DNA of 62,104 bases, the filler included, from Circinaria calcarea (lineage: Eukaryota), in NCBI GenBank assembly GCA_051942165.1. It is 7 parts of 7 records of this genome, joined end to end, with 100 filler letters (N's around TTAATTAATTAA, not from the genome) between each part and the next. Parts side by side here need not be neighbours in the genome. Positions count along the whole stretch, not along the records: positions 35,589 to 44,362 come from JAVECS010001049.1; positions 44,463 to 53,234 come from JAVECS010001050.1; 5 more parts are not named here. The stretch is one strand, 5' to 3'. The notes beneath the pieces were generated by a model that was given only the letters and a program-made list of their open reading frames with translations, searched no databases and had not been told where the DNA came from. The position numbers and the translations under genes were made by a program. The first letter of the stretch is position 1. Each line of letters starts with the position of its first letter. Below, piece by piece: positions 36,052-49,763 of this stretch.

Positions 36052-39035
36052 TCAATTGTTCTTCATGCCTCCTCCACACCAGCACCGACCTTCCCCTTCT
36101 CTCTCCACCTGCACGAGAACATCCATGCCGTTACTCTCCAAATATCGCACTGCCCTCTCCCTCACATCTTCCAAATCCCCACCCCTGCCCGCAACGACAT
36201 GCATCACACCCTGGACCTTTCTACCCTCAGCTTCCCCCATCCAGAACCTCGGTACGCGGACTTGAGAAACACCTCTTAGTGCACCGACTCCGGCCAGAGC
36301 CTCTCGTAGATCAAATTCCGTGTCCTGGGGTACGGTGAGGAGGAGTCTTCGTGCGGAGGATGTAACGAGTGGGATGGCGGCGGCGAAGATAAGGATGGCG
36401 ATCAGGCAAGACGCAAGTGGATCCCAGCCCGCCCAGCCGGTATACCAGATAAGGATGGTTGAGACGACAACGGCAACGGAGCCGAGTGTGTCGGCGAGGA
36501 CGTGGAGAAAAATACCTTGCATGTTTTCGTTACCGTGGCTATGATGATCGTGGCCGCTACTGTGGGAATGGGGTGTTGGAGCTGCGGGGCGTGAAGGAGT
36601 TGAAGGCACAGAGAAAGATAGAGGGGACTTTGGTCTATGTATGGAGTCAGGAACAGCGTGGTGGGCCGAATGATCGCCGTGCGCTTTATGAGACTGTCCC
36701 TCATCGTCATGATCATCGACGTGATCATCTTGGGGGTGATTGTGTCCGTGAGAATGGCCATGGCCGTGGCCGTGGTGAGCGTGGCCAAAGGCGAGCATTC
36801 CGATAAGGTTTACTACCAATCCTAGGCTGCTGACGGTAAGTAGTTCCTCGATTCGGTGTACCTCGGTGCCTTCAACGATGCGTTCGATGGCCTCATAGAA
36901 TATCTCAACGCTGATGAGCCTGATACCAATATAAGCTCAAAACTCACTGAAGCATGTACTAGGGGTTTTACATCAGGAAAACGCCATTGGCAAAGCCAGC
37001 GAGGGTGTCCACTTTGCCAAAGCCATAAGGGAAACGAATGCTTGGCGGCCACTTGCTCATCACCGCTGCGCAGAGACCGACGATGAGTGCCAAGCAGTCG
37101 AAGAGCATATGGATGCTATCGCTGAGCAACCCAAGAGAGCCGGTAGCTATCGCATAAAATGTCTGAACAATCATGAAAGAAAAGTTAAGACTGGAAAGAG
37201 ATTAGCAGAAACTTGACAGCCATGGAAAATAACGGCCCTGTACCTCATAAAGTAAAAAATACGCCTAGAATCCTTGTCCGCCAATATATTGTTCAAGAGG
37301 GGCCACTTTTGACTCTTTCGAAGCAAAATTCCAGTGAACTTCGAATGGGTCGTATGGTGGTGATGTGCGTCATGTTCGTGGTGATGACCTTTGTGATACT
37401 CATGTGAAGACGACTTATTGGCATCTAACAGTGGAGCTTGCCAAAAGAAACCTGCTAGAACTCCTTGGCACACAAAAGAGAAGAATGCTGGATTATGGAG
37501 CATTTCCTGAAGGAGGACGGAGAAGATCAATCCAGCTGCAAGCCCCAAGCGTCTTCCGGTACGAAGACTATCGGCATCAACCATGGCCAAAGATATCGTA
37601 GTCGTAATAGCTACAAGGAACATCCAAGAGAGGTGGACAAAAGAGAGGATTGGCGACGTAGGTAATGCAAGGAACACCAGACCAGAAAGTGCAGCTGCCA
37701 GAATACCCGCAGCTATTGTCAAGTTGGTATCCCTACGGGTACAGATCATTGGCGATTGTCTAATCAGTCTGGGCGAGATTATTGGCACTGGAGCTGGCGT
37801 TTCCCACGGAACTGCAATCGCGGAGGTCTTCCTGACGGTCTTCGTCAATGGCGAAGTAACAGCAAGTGTTCTGGGTGTAGAGGTTGAATATGGCGGGGGT
37901 AGAATGAAAGCAGATACTCCAATAGCAAGATAACCAGAGATAGTCGCCATTGGTCCCACAGAGCTCGTAGGTCCTGCAAAATCTGAGATGCACTGAAGTA
38001 GGAAGGCAGCAAACATCCATTTTCGCACATTTAGGAGTCGCTTCCAGCCACCAAGGCTTGTCAAGCCAACATCTTGGCCATTGACGTTCTCAAGGTCTCC
38101 CGAAATAGCGGCTAGAGTGACCATGGCAACTCGCACTCCTCCAAGTTGAGTCGCGGCGAAAAAGGTCAAACCAAATCCCAAGAGCCTTCCGGCAAGCCGT
38201 TGGACAAGAGCCTTGATTCCCAAGCCTGACTGTGTTTTTCCCTCCACGCGTCCATAACCGAGCGACGACCTTCTATCATCTAATCCATCTACGTCGCCAC
38301 GTATTTTCCCAATAATCCCTATCAAAAGAAGTGTGAAGCATGTCAGAGCGCAAGTTATAAATAGGGCTGGGTTTATCATGAAAACGGTGTCATGGTGAGC
38401 TTGGTGGGTCTCGTGCTCTGATGTTGCAGGTTCCGATACCCTCGAGTTTCGAAGACTAGTAAGGACTGGCATTTTAAAGTTTAGATTCAGTGATAGGAGG
38501 ATGTAAGGGAATAGTATGAGAAATGCGGTGAGTATCTCCGATGTTGATATCCACGGTCTGTAGGAATCATTAGTTGACGTCTGATAACCAAATTAAACGT
38601 AATCTACCTTGAAATGCCCATGTTTACTCTTAAGGTAGACCCATAGCCATGTGTAGTCGATCGGTCAGGAAACCCGTAGCTGGCCTTTTGTGCGTGGGTG
38701 TGGGCAGCCGATCTACGAAATTCGGCATTCGGGACCATTGTTGCCATTCGTGACTCTCGCGGAGTTATGGCATGAACCTCTTGACGGTTCAATTGACGGG
38801 TATCACCCCAGCTGTTTAGAGGGAGAGAACGGGAGTGTGCGTGGGCCATGTTTATGCCGTTTATCAATTCTCTCTGCGGGTCTCCCCCATCTGTGTGAAG
38901 TGCCTTGTTTATCGACGTTGGCGCGAGTGGTAACCGTTCAGGCACCGCCTTGCGGTGATGTGATCGAGTATGTCCATGGCCATGATGGCTATGCATGCCA
39001 GAGCCGTTGAAGGGCAGGGCGTAGGAAGTCGCCAT
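36052..39035 (-). CDS. MSC2: Cation diffusion facilitator Zn transporter (Msc2/Cis4-like), multi-exon
   Basis: DSRRIFYFM, SLGLLSDSIHMLFDC, FPYGFGKVDTLAGFANG, His-rich loop, NENMQGIFLHVLADTLGS, WDPLAS; long N-terminal membrane extension. Confidence 0.9.
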
Positions 39036-39468
39036 CGCGAGCTGCTCCTTCTATACGACCGTTGAGCGCTGGTTGTCGAGGCCGGATTCTTAGGAGCCTT
39101 TCCGCCTCATGATGGCTGATGGAGGATTCGAAAGGTGGATATTACATTAGATGCCACTGTAGCAACCCGATTTCAATGAATGTAGGTAGTTGGTCTTTTC
39201 AATCACGGGCTCTATCTCATATGTATCTACTTTTGTTACAACTTCCTGATGCGGTCCACGGTTCCGGATAGGAGTTGGACGCTAACGGTAATTAACAAGT
39301 AGGCATGAAACATCCCGCGTTGGTGGGTCAGTGCGTCGGTAGTCGATACGCCCGGTCAGGGGGCTCCATAAAGCTAAAGTGATCCTCTGTGTGACGGACA
39401 CGCGCGGTACTTACAATTATCATCGCAGCCCGGCGACTTGTCAACTTGTTTACTTGGTTTATTCAGAT

Positions 39469-41048
39469 ATGCCATCTTTTGAATTGATCCTCGGCCTTGC
39501 TGTCTGTCTGTCGACGGTCGTTTCCTTTATTCTGTTCTTTTCACCCACTACGTACAATGGTGCCAAGGACAACATTGACGCAAGCGATATCTCAAGACCT
39601 CGAATCCAGATACTCGTCCTTGGCGATATCGGTCGAAGCCCACGCATGCAATATCATGCCATCAGTGTTGCCAAGCATGGAGGACTGGTGGATCTTATAG
39701 GATATAGAGGTAAGTTGGAATGCAAGTTTAGAGAACGACCCTGACGGGCAATAGCCAGACTCTGAATTACATCCCGAAGTTATTGCGCAGTCATCGATCA
39801 CTGTGCATGACATCCGTCGAATCCCCAAGGCCTTGAAATCTGGTAACCGATGGCTTTTTCTTATTACAGGGCCCCTTAAAGTCCTTTTTCAAGTCTGGAG
39901 CCTGTATGCCGTGCTTGGATATCGGACGAAGCCTGCCCAATGGCTCCTAGTGCAGGTATGTTGATTAGAATTTGCTGCGTTACAATCCGTGGCTAGAACA
40001 TTCTATACCGCTGTCCCTCTACCTAGTGAGTTTTTCGACGCATTCTAGGAGCTTAGGAGAGGTAGCAAGTCCACAGAATGTCTCTACTTTTTCTAATGAC
40101 GCGCAGAACCCACCTTCTATTCCCACTCTCGCAGTTGCTCAGATGACGTGTTTTTTTCGCCATACCCGCCTACTAATTGACTGGCATAATTTTGGATATT
40201 CGATACTGGCCCTTCGCCTCGGCGCAGGTCACCCGCTAGTGTTCCTCTCGAAGTGGTACGAAAGAGTACTTGCTCGGTTTGCCGATGCGCACTTTACGGT
40301 AAGTAAAGCTATGGAACGGATACTACTACTCGAATATCATGTACCTGCGCCTGTTTTGGTTCTTCATGATCGTCCTACATCCAACTTCAGGCCCCTCGAC
40401 TCAAAGCAGCGGTTAGCGTTCTTGGGGCGCCTTCCTGAAACAGCATCTCTTATCGATGACATTGCAATGGAGAAGGTAAGAGTCCTAGTCAGTTCCACTT
40501 CGTGGACTCCTGATGAGGACTTTTCCCTACTCCTCGAGGCCCTCGTGGAATACTCAAACCTCGCTATAAGCACACACCCCCATCTCCCAGAACTCGTGGT
40601 CATCATCACGGGCAAAGGCCCACAACAGGCTCAGTATATCTCGGAAATCGCTACTTTGATGGACCAAGGCAAATTAGAAATGGTCACGGTAAAGACCGCG
40701 TGGCTCAGCACCGAGGATTACGCAAGACTTCTCGGATCGGCTGATCTCGGTATATCGCTACATAGAAGCAGTAGTGGAGTGGATCTACCGATGAAGGTGG
40801 TAGATATGTTTGGTGCAGGATTACCAGTGGTGGGCTGGAACAAGTTCGAGGCTTGGCCTGAACTCGTGCTAGAAGGCGTGAATGGGAGAGGTTTTGGAAT
40901 AGCCTCCGAGTTACAGACGGCCTTGACAGAAATTCTAGGTAGCGATGGAAAGGAACTTCAAACGCTTAGAATAGGAGCAAGCGAAGAAAGGAAGAGAGGA
41001 TGGGATGATGAATGGGATAAGGTAGCGGGGAGATTATTTGGTTTTTAG
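39469..41048 (+). CDS. ALG1: Chitobiosyldiphosphodolichol beta-1,4-mannosyltransferase; 2 introns
   Basis: [73 protein letters not shown]. Confidence 0.95.
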
Positions 41049-41316
41049 CGAAATCAACAACCCCGAGTCTGATCTCGGATACTGAAAACTGTAGTACCAA
41101 TACTACTACTATACAAATAGCATCCTGCTGTACATTCGTCAATAGCGACTGCCTCCAATATAGACAATGCGAGGATGTCAGTCCTTCTCCTGGCAAAAGC
41201 CGATTGGTTGTACAAATAGTTCTATGAAACTATTTCCTCAGGCGGACTCGCCGTTGTTTATCTGTGACTTGTCACCGAGCGGCTGCTGGTATTCACACCA
41301 GAGCATTACATAAGTC

Positions 41317-43982
41317 ATGTTGCATGGTGTCGATATACAATTCTATCCGTCAACAACAAACTGCTTGGCTTGGAATCAGGACGACGGTCAGCTTGCCATA
41401 GCCGCAGGTGAATACGTGCATATCCTAGTACTCCCTATCCCTCTCGTCCACAGCGGTACCCTCGGTTGACCTAACCCAGGTACCTAACCATCATCGGCGA
41501 CAAGGGAAAACTCAGTACGGCTCCTCCGGACCTTGGGTTCATGTACATTTCCGTGCCAACCTGTTCACGTTCGAGGAATGGCCACCACAAGAACCAGCCA
41601 GCTTGGAGGACTTATCCATAGGTGAGGAACAGTCTGTGAGCACAGTCACCAAGCTTTCTTGGTCGGAACCTGGATTGGCCAAGCATGGTCGATCCGTCCT
41701 TACGGTTTTGACCTCCAATCTGATACTGTCACTTTGGGATTCGGGATCTGATCCTGGCGAGGGTTCCGGCTGGCGACGCATTTCGGTCATCAACAATGTG
41801 CTTCGGGAGTTCTTTACTACACCGGGGACTTCGGAGAGAGCTATGAAGAGAATGACGCGAATTCGGGCGGCTGCATGGGCTCATGCTAGTGACCTTTCGC
41901 GGAAGGAAAACTACTGTAATATTCTTGCGGTAACCAACGACCACAGCGATGTGGTTTTCCTCCAAATCCGTAAGCCGTACGATGTCCGGGATCCATGCAA
42001 CCAGAGATTGCAGGTGGAGGTCCTCTTGTATCTGAGTGATCAATCTGAAGGCACATTACAAAATGAACCTACCGTCGAGCTCCAGGGTATAGCTCAGCGG
42101 GGTTCAAATCACACCGACCAAAGGAAAAGACCTGCCTCCAGGCGAGTAGCTGACTCCATTCAGCAAGGAATCGACCATGATGTTACCTGGAGTCCATGGG
42201 AGGATTTGGATGGTATCATGCAAGCTATGGTAACGTATCGAAACAACGGCCGGATACGGCACTTTTTGCTGCATTATAAGCATGAAGCTGTGAGATTGGA
42301 GAAACTCGAGCACTTTGATGAGAAACTCTCAGATGGCCCGGTTGTATGGATCAGCGTATGTGACCATGGTGATATACTAGCTGTGGTTGCTATACTAACT
42401 CATTCTAGAGTGATGGCAATCGACCAGCATTGGTATCCTGTTCACGTGACGCTGTCGAACTGAACTACTACCACACGACATCCAGAATGATATGGAGAGA
42501 TAAAGCATTGTCTGCAGTGGCCAAGAGGTCTTTAAAATCGCCTATCGACCGATGGGAGCGTGGTATTTACAGTAATAGTAACAGCCAATGGTGTCACCCC
42601 TGGGATATGGTCAGTGGTACGTACCTTGGATTAATCACAAGGTCCATGACTGTAGGTCACCAAGCTGATTCCTTTCACCTTGATAGGTCTGGTAGTACTA
42701 AAGGACAACTCAGGTGACGAAGACTTGATTATACTTGCTACACATTTGTCTAATATAGAGATCTATTCTCTGGATATTGATTCGATGCCTAGCATTAGCA
42801 CGGACAAGACGGCCCTCGTACCCCAGGACGAGACCGATCTTCTGAGAACAGACATGGCTAGATGTAGACGGCACTTTGCGTCCCAACATAAGCTGACTTA
42901 TGAGACAACCGTCATGAAGACCTGGGGCCTAGCCTCATATGAAGGGATTGTTGCTGCATGCGTCACCATGCATCCTTCGGACATGGTTGAGTACACAGTT
43001 CCCTCGGTCGAGCAAGGAACAGTCTTATTTGCTCATCAAGCACTCGAACTCACTTCCTTTGGCTGGGAAAAAGCCCCGGAAGCGAAGCCTGCAGCTTATT
43101 ATTATCAGGCCACGTGGGACATAATATTCGATTGGCCTATTGCAATGATTCCTGTGGGTGATCATCTAAGTAGGCGGATGATATACAATCATATCTGCGC
43201 AAGCATACTATTATACCAGGTGGCGAATGGCGAGGAGAATTTGTCAAGGTGGAATACAGTACTGAAACGTTGGTGGCCTACGAGTATATCCCTGGCATTG
43301 ATAGAACTTGAACGACCTCTACCACCCTATATGCATGACAACCTTAACCTCCTTTTAACTCCGAAGCCGGAGTTGGACGCGCCTACTTTTACACAAAGAC
43401 TAACCATGCTCAACGATTGGATCCAACAGCGCAGTACTGCGGAGCAAGTCCTTCCTCAACAGCAAAGACTTGTTGAGATCTGCAGCGTTACTGGATGTGG
43501 CAGTCCTCTTGTCTGGGACGGCATCTCGAACGCTCGATGTACGAATGGAAAATCGAATGGCAAAGGCACAGGGCACCGCTGGTGTAGGTCTTGTTTTGAA
43601 ACAAACCTGTGTTCTAACTATGCTGATAATTTAAGGCCGCTGTGCGCTCACATTCCTTGCAATTCAAGAACCTGGCATATCCAAATACTGCGAGATGTGC
43701 GGACATGAATACCTCAACGAAGAAATACTGCTCGCCGGCGAAACATCATACCAAACGACCGGTCCCGTGGTGCCAGTGGACATTGACGTTTATAAGTCTT
43801 TTGAGCCAGGCGACGATGTGAACACGTCAACTGAACTCGGTGCCAATAGAAATGAGCGCGAAGAGGATCAGGATACCCGAGCACAGGTCGCCAAGGAGCT
43901 TAACCAACATTGGTCGTTAGTAGGCAGGTCGTTCAGTCACTTCAAGAAATGTATTTTCTGTGATGGTAAGTTTGTCGGCTAA
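41317..43982 (+). CDS. TFIIIC 90-kDa/delta subunit-like (Tfc8/Sfc9), N-terminal propeller plus C-terminal Zn finger; multi-exon
   Basis: NCLAWNQDDGQLAIAAGEYVHIL, SIGEEQSVSTVTKLSWSEPGLAKHGRSVLTVLTSN, KTWGLAS, C-terminal EICSVTGC..C..GHRW-RCALTFLAIQEPGISKYCEMC..CIFCDGKF. Confidence 0.85.
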
Positions 43983-44362
43983 GTCTATCCCGCGTACATT
44001 CCACACGAAGGATTGTATGTTTACCCTTTGATACCCCACATAAGATTTTTGTGCACTTTATGGATGTTTAGGCTACGGTGTCCAAAACTTATTACCTTGA
44101 TCTCTTTGTTTGCACTAAGAATAGGAGAAAGATTTCCTTGTGTGTTTCAGGTCTACCGTTCACGATAATGGTCAGCGACGAGATCGCCGAATCCGGCCGC
44201 CCGCATGCGGAGACCTCGTTACTCGAAGCTTCATATATAGCATCTCACATAATGAATCTTTGCCCTCACAAAATTCCACCCTCACTTATACTCTCTTCTC
44301 AAAACCGAAATCATACCCACAAGCCAAAATGCCACTACCGCCACTCACCCCTCCCCTTCGCC

Positions 44363-44462
44363 NNNNNNNNNNNNNNNNNNNNNNNNNNNNNNNNNNNNNN
44401 NNNNNNTTAATTAATTAANNNNNNNNNNNNNNNNNNNNNNNNNNNNNNNNNNNNNNNNNNNN
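44363..44462. other. Artificial contig linker
   Basis: N44-TTAATTAATTAA-N44. Confidence 0.99.
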
Positions 44463-44845
44463 TCCCTCACCCCCTGCAAATACTCCTCCACATCCTCTTT
44501 CGTTTTTATACCACCGCCAACCCTACCCTTCCCTACCGCATCCTCAAACCACCCCCGATCCAAACTCACATCGTGGTTCCCCGCAATCACAATCTTCAAC
44601 TTCGCCGGCGCATCCGCAAGCGTCTGGAAGGCAGTCTCGAACTCCTGGGCGCTGCCATATTCGGTCAGGTCGCCGGCGTGCAGGAGGACGTCGCAGCGGG
44701 GCAGGGGGGAGCGGTAGGCTGAGGTTGTGGAGATGGGGGAGGAAGAGGAGGTGAGGGGGAAAGGGACTTGGGTGTGGGTGTCGGAGATGAGGCAGAAGCG
44801 AGTTTTGACGGTTTTGGCGGGGTTCTGAGAGGAGGGTGGGTGCAT
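44463..44845 (-). CDS. Calcineurin-like metallophosphoesterase (MPPED-type), 3'-truncated
   Basis: LISDTH, LLHAGDLT and VIAGNHD metal-binding motifs. Confidence 0.88.
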
Positions 44846-45447
44846 ATTTATTGGTTATTGGAGGGGTTGTGATTGAAGGTGGGGAGGATTATTCGTGCTT
44901 TGGTTGTTTATAAGGGCGACACAAAGGTAAGATACCTACTGGATGAACTTATTGAGAGGGAACATGTCATTCACTGTAGTACCATACTGCTTAGGGGTTC
45001 AGGCAGGACGGCTTCTGCCTGGTTGAAGTGCCTCACTCTACTCCAATAGGCAATCACTTGTTATCATTTCCGCCTTTTGAGCTCTACCCAAAAGCCCTTA
45101 GGTGCTCTGGGTACCTAGAAATTACTTAGCTGTGATGTCGCATTACTTGGGACCTGTGAGGATTGATAATCATGTAGAACTCGATAAATTCTCCGAGATG
45201 AAACTTGTGTTTCTGTTACTGTCCAAAAGAAATAACTGCATGATCTGCTATGTCCGTACACTCAGTCAAGCTAGACTCCTGTCGTTTTTGTCAAGAGTCC
45301 ACCCAAACTCCACGCAGACTTGGGGACAATCGATCATGCCCGTACAGCCAAGACCTAGAGAGCTTTCGAATCCCACCTTTACCCACCCATAAGGACAAAA
45401 AGAAAAACCATGCTCGCTGAGTCGTGATGAAGAAACACCGGGTCGAT

Positions 45448-46551
45448 TTAGCGGACAGCTCGGTTGTTTCTCACAAGTTCAATAGCTTTCCTCGCTAGTA
45501 ATGGAGCATCAGCAGGAAATCTGCCGCTGAGGTAATTGTATTTCTCGTCTTGAACCACAAATCTACCGCACGATTAGCCAGGCTTGGGGTTTTGAATACG
45601 CATTACTGACGGTCCTGGTGCGATACTCCGCCGGAATTGCTGTTCTGGTTGGTCCAATCGTTTCTTGACCTGGTAAACTTGGTTAACGCAAAGTAAACTC
45701 GGGAGGATAAGTGATAGGATATACTTGTGTCTCGACATTGTCTGACCCTGCCCCGTACGTTTTGTAGTAGTCACCAAGGAAGAACTTGGTTCCCCAGAAG
45801 GCAGTGGTCTCAAAAGCACCTGGTAGCGTAGTCGTGGTTACATCGTGTAGGATGCTCTTTCCATCTTCAAAGGTAGCTTCGGAAAGCACCAGTACACCAT
45901 GACAGATTGCAGCGACCGATTTCTGTGAAGGTTTGCGAGTTTGGGGGAAGTATTCCACTAGTAGCCTTCTGAGAACTGGATTCTCGATGACTTGCCGTAC
46001 GCCCTTTTCATGGCCGCCAGGAAAGAAGAGCAGATCATACGGATCGAGTGTAAACCCGGGATCCGTCCATTTTAGGGGTTCGTTGATAGGTTCGTCAGCT
46101 TTCATGGCTTTGTATGCTTTTCGAGCGGCTTGGTTGGCCCCCTTTTGGAAATCATCTTAGCAGATGCTTATTTTAGAATTCCCGTCATGAATGTACGAGG
46201 TCTTGATAATTGTCCCTACTGAAAGCATGTCCCCTCCAGTACAAGTATTTGAATCACAGGATAAAACAACGAGCCTGATGCGCTCTTAGGACCATTATAG
46301 GAAAGACTTTCTTACCAGTAACTTCTGGGTTACCCCATTCAGCATCTTTTCATCGGCTTCTGGAATCTTTCCATTTTCCGTTGCAAAATAAACGAGAAAT
46401 CCTGCTTCCTTGAAAGCAGCAAAGGGTATGGCAGTTTCTGGTCCTCATTAGGAATAAAGAAAGATTCAGTCCCGCACCTATAGCTCGAGCTCTTACCAGT
46501 TGGATCATGACCATAGTCGGCCATCAAGAATAAGACCCTTGGGCTACTCAT
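45448..46551 (-). CDS. DJ-1/PfpI (class I glutamine amidotransferase-like) protein, multi-exon
   Basis: MSSPRVLFLMADYGHDPTE, LLFFPGGHEKG, AAICHG (nucleophile Cys), YLSGRFPADA; stop at 45448. Confidence 0.88.
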
Positions 46552-46763
46552 GTTGGTGGTATTGCTTTTGTTCACATCTTCAGCTGCTGTTCAAACGAGG
46601 TGGCATATCTCTAAATACTCGGCAGGGCTGCGCCTCGTTTCTTGGGTTACACTGAAGATGACTTTCCGGTCATACGTTGAAGCGATCCCGGCCTTCAGTC
46701 CAATAGCGCGAAAGTATGCCACAACTTGAACTCAACAAGCATTTTAATTTCGTGCATAATAGG

Positions 46764-47441
46764 ATGGCGGATCCAGCCTCGAAGGATGCCGCTGCAAAGC
46801 AGCGTATCATATTGCACATGAATGCCGATCATCAGGATTCCCTGGTCCGCTACCTTGAACACTTCTGCCACCTCTCATCCTTCTCCGCACGCAGTGCCAA
46901 ATTGGAGGATATCACATTCGATACTCTTACCATCTCATCATCTAGTGGCTCGCGATACACCATTCCCATCGAGCCTCCAATGACAGCGTGGTCGGAAGTT
47001 CGTCCACGGGTTGTGGCAATGGACGCGGAAGCTACGGCAGGGCTCAAGAGATCAAACATAACGGTCAAAAAGTACAAGAAACCGCAAGGCTTCCTGGCCG
47101 TCGTTTTCGTGTCCTGTGCTGTCACCTTTGTCATGTTCTCCAAACGGTCGAACTTCCAACCTGGTTCATTCCTTTACGATAACCTGTTCAAATATACTCC
47201 TGGTTTCGCGGGATGGTGCTACAAGATACAGCCGATGCTTCTTTATCCTATGCTCGCTCTCCACATTGGTGAAGCTGTATACATGGCCCAGAACCGGATG
47301 GAGAAGCATTCTGTCCCCCGATTTAGCATACTATGGTGGAAATGGGTCTTGAGCACATTCATCGAGGGGGTCGGATCTTTTATGAGGGTTGATAGGATGG
47401 TCAAGGAAGAGGAAGCAAACAAGGCAAAATTGCAGCACTGA
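46764..47441 (+). CDS. DUF2470-domain membrane protein
   Basis: RIILHMNADHQDSLVRYLEHF N-terminal motif, then TM helices and WWKWVLSTFIEG. Confidence 0.82.
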   Translation: MADPASKDAAAKQRIILHMNADHQDSLVRYLEHFCHLSSFSARSAKLEDITFDTLTISSSSGSRYTIPIEPPMTAWSEVRPRVVAMDAEATAGLKRSNITVKKYKKPQGFLAVVFVSCAVTFVMFSKRSNFQPGSFLYDNLFKYTPGFAGWCYKIQPMLLYPMLALHIGEAVYMAQNRMEKHSVPRFSILWWKWVLSTFIEGVGSFMRVDRMVKEEEANKAKLQH

Positions 47442-48499
47442 AATCAAAAGAAGTATATAGTCGTGTATGAAATCCATACTCTATCACATCAGTACGCGTC
47501 GTTTGATCAATGCTACCCGTTGACCACCAAACTCCGCCTTTATTCTTACAAGGGTTGCTAGGTGGATAGGACTACGCTACCTTGAAAGCAGGTAGGAAGA
47601 GGAAAGTTGAGTCATATCAGATGATGCTGCGCGGACCTAAATGTATAGCGAGTCCTATGTTTTCAAGACACTATCTTTGCTCTTTAGATCGTAAAGCCTA
47701 GCTTTTTAGAATGCTTTTATAGACCTTTCATTTATAGCCGTCGTCCTTACTTTGTTAGGTAGGTGATATTCAGCAGGAGATTAGATAAAGTGATGTCGAC
47801 AAAAGCTCCAAAAGTCATGTCTTCAAGAAAGATGAGGACCGGGGTAGGTACTCCTTCGGGTTTGCATAGTACCGGACCGGAATAACCTCCTTGCGGTATT
47901 AAGACATTCTAAGGTCCGGCGCCTCCGGACTTAACTCCGTACTCACTGCACAACATCCACCACCAATTGAAAATGACTCTGGCTTTCTATTAGTAGCTAA
48001 CATTGAACTAGTTCGGCATTACCATGTTCTATTCTAGAGGATGTGGAAGTCATCTGCGTAGCGTAATCTGCTCGTGGCCGAACTCTGCAGAACTTGTGGC
48101 CTATTCTTTGTCTTGCAACCCACGCAACTTGGAGACGAGGACTGTACGGAAGTTAGCGTACCTAGATAAATAGCGATCATGGCACAGTTTATCAACCTTG
48201 TCTTAGACGGTATAGTATTAAAACCGACCTGCGTCTCTCATTCTTCTAGTGGCTGACGATACACTAGGGACAGTTTATTCCACCGGTCACCGCTCTAAAC
48301 ATCAGAATGCTGTGCTGCAACTGCTATGCGAGAGCCTGTTTAATCTATCCCCAGGTTTGTCTACCTGTAGGCATTATTTTAGAATTCGATACTGAGGGAA
48401 GCAGAGCTCTCATTCAATACTCTCTATCGAAGCATCAGTACTGAATGGCGGCAACAAGACGATATCCCCTACCCCTTCGGTGATCACAGAGAATGTCTC

Positions 48500-49498
48500 G
48501 TGGATGCTATGTGGATCATTGACCTCGACAACGACATGCTTCAGCTCCGTAAAAAAACCCAGAACCGAAGGATTGGGTTGAGCAAGCTTCGTGAAGGGCC
48601 TGTCTCTGTTTTACAAATGGATTTGTTTGATCCACCTCCTTTACAAAAATTCTCTTTAAGTAGAGTCTTTCCGACGCCAACGCCAACTTGGAAACCAAAA
48701 TGCGACACGACAGAGCGGCGGCTAGCATTTGTCGGCCGAGTGTTGGAAGACTTCTCACATCAGTGGCGACATGTCCTTCGAAGCGGGTACAATGATTCTA
48801 CGTTCCGGCGACTTGCACGTGCAATCCTTAGTATCGCCACACTGGACTTCAGAGTCAAGGAAGTAGCCTTCTCTCGGGCTGGAGTACACGGATCATTAGT
48901 ATGGTTGAACGATCTACCAGAATGGGAACCGTTTGTTGACCGGGTCATTCACTTTGATCGCGTATCAGTGGTCCTCTGTCAACACCTAACGCTTTCTATG
49001 GCTGCTATTCGAAAGGACTTAGGACCACGACGGCTACGGCTGCGGCAACGTGATTCTTCAAGGTCTCCTTCCGAGACAGCCTGTGACCGCGTGACGTACG
49101 TTGTTCTCTCGGTGCGGGAAGTCTTTTTGTATAAAACTAGTGTTAGCGGTGAACTGCCCTCTTTGTATACGGAGCCGGAACCTCTACTCAATGGAACCAA
49201 CCTCCCTTCAAAGCGAGCCTTGGAGTACCTGCTTATGGCGGCTCCCTTGGAGTCTGTTGTGTCGCCCATACACAAACTACCTCTCGAGGTCCAAAACATG
49301 ATTCTTGAAAATGTCTCTTTAGGTCCTCTCGAATCCGCCAGGATTGGTTGCCTGCTTGCTTTTGGTTCAGCATTCCAATGGAAAAGTAACGGCCGCGAGA
49401 TAACGCGGCAAGAGGTCCTTGTCAACAAACATTCGGCTTTCCCTGTGGAGTCGGAAATCTGGTTTGGTGACCGGCTAAGTGGGCTGGTTTACAGATAA
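48500..49498 (+). CDS. Hypothetical protein (main exon; 5' exons from ~48000-48500 unresolved), weak F-box-like motif near C-terminus
   Basis: 332-codon open frame (DFSHQWRHVLR, TFRRLARAI, IHKLPLEVQNMILENV); short intron-like segments upstream. Confidence 0.7.
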   Translation: MDAMWIIDLDNDMLQLRKKTQNRRIGLSKLREGPVSVLQMDLFDPPPLQKFSLSRVFPTPTPTWKPKCDTTERRLAFVGRVLEDFSHQWRHVLRSGYNDSTFRRLARAILSIATLDFRVKEVAFSRAGVHGSLVWLNDLPEWEPFVDRVIHFDRVSVVLCQHLTLSMAAIRKDLGPRRLRLRQRDSSRSPSETACDRVTYVVLSVREVFLYKTSVSGELPSLYTEPEPLLNGTNLPSKRALEYLLMAAPLESVVSPIHKLPLEVQNMILENVSLGPLESARIGCLLAFGSAFQWKSNGREITRQEVLVNKHSAFPVESEIWFGDRLSGLVYR

Positions 49499-49763
49499 CA
49501 TAGCGATCTAAAGCACTATATCTGCAGGTAGGACATTGTGAGGCGCTGACTATATTCCCTGGTGCCAAAACTAAGATGCATGGATCTGCACTTGTTGACT
49601 TAAGACCCAGAATTACGAATTTGAATGCGGCCCTTTGGTCAATAATAGCCCCAAACCCATCCCCTGTTCTCCAGCAATCTGAACACATATAGTCGCATGA
49701 TATCCTCTTCCACGGACCTATTGTCCTCCCTTCAGAAAGGCCCATTACGTCGAATTGACCGTT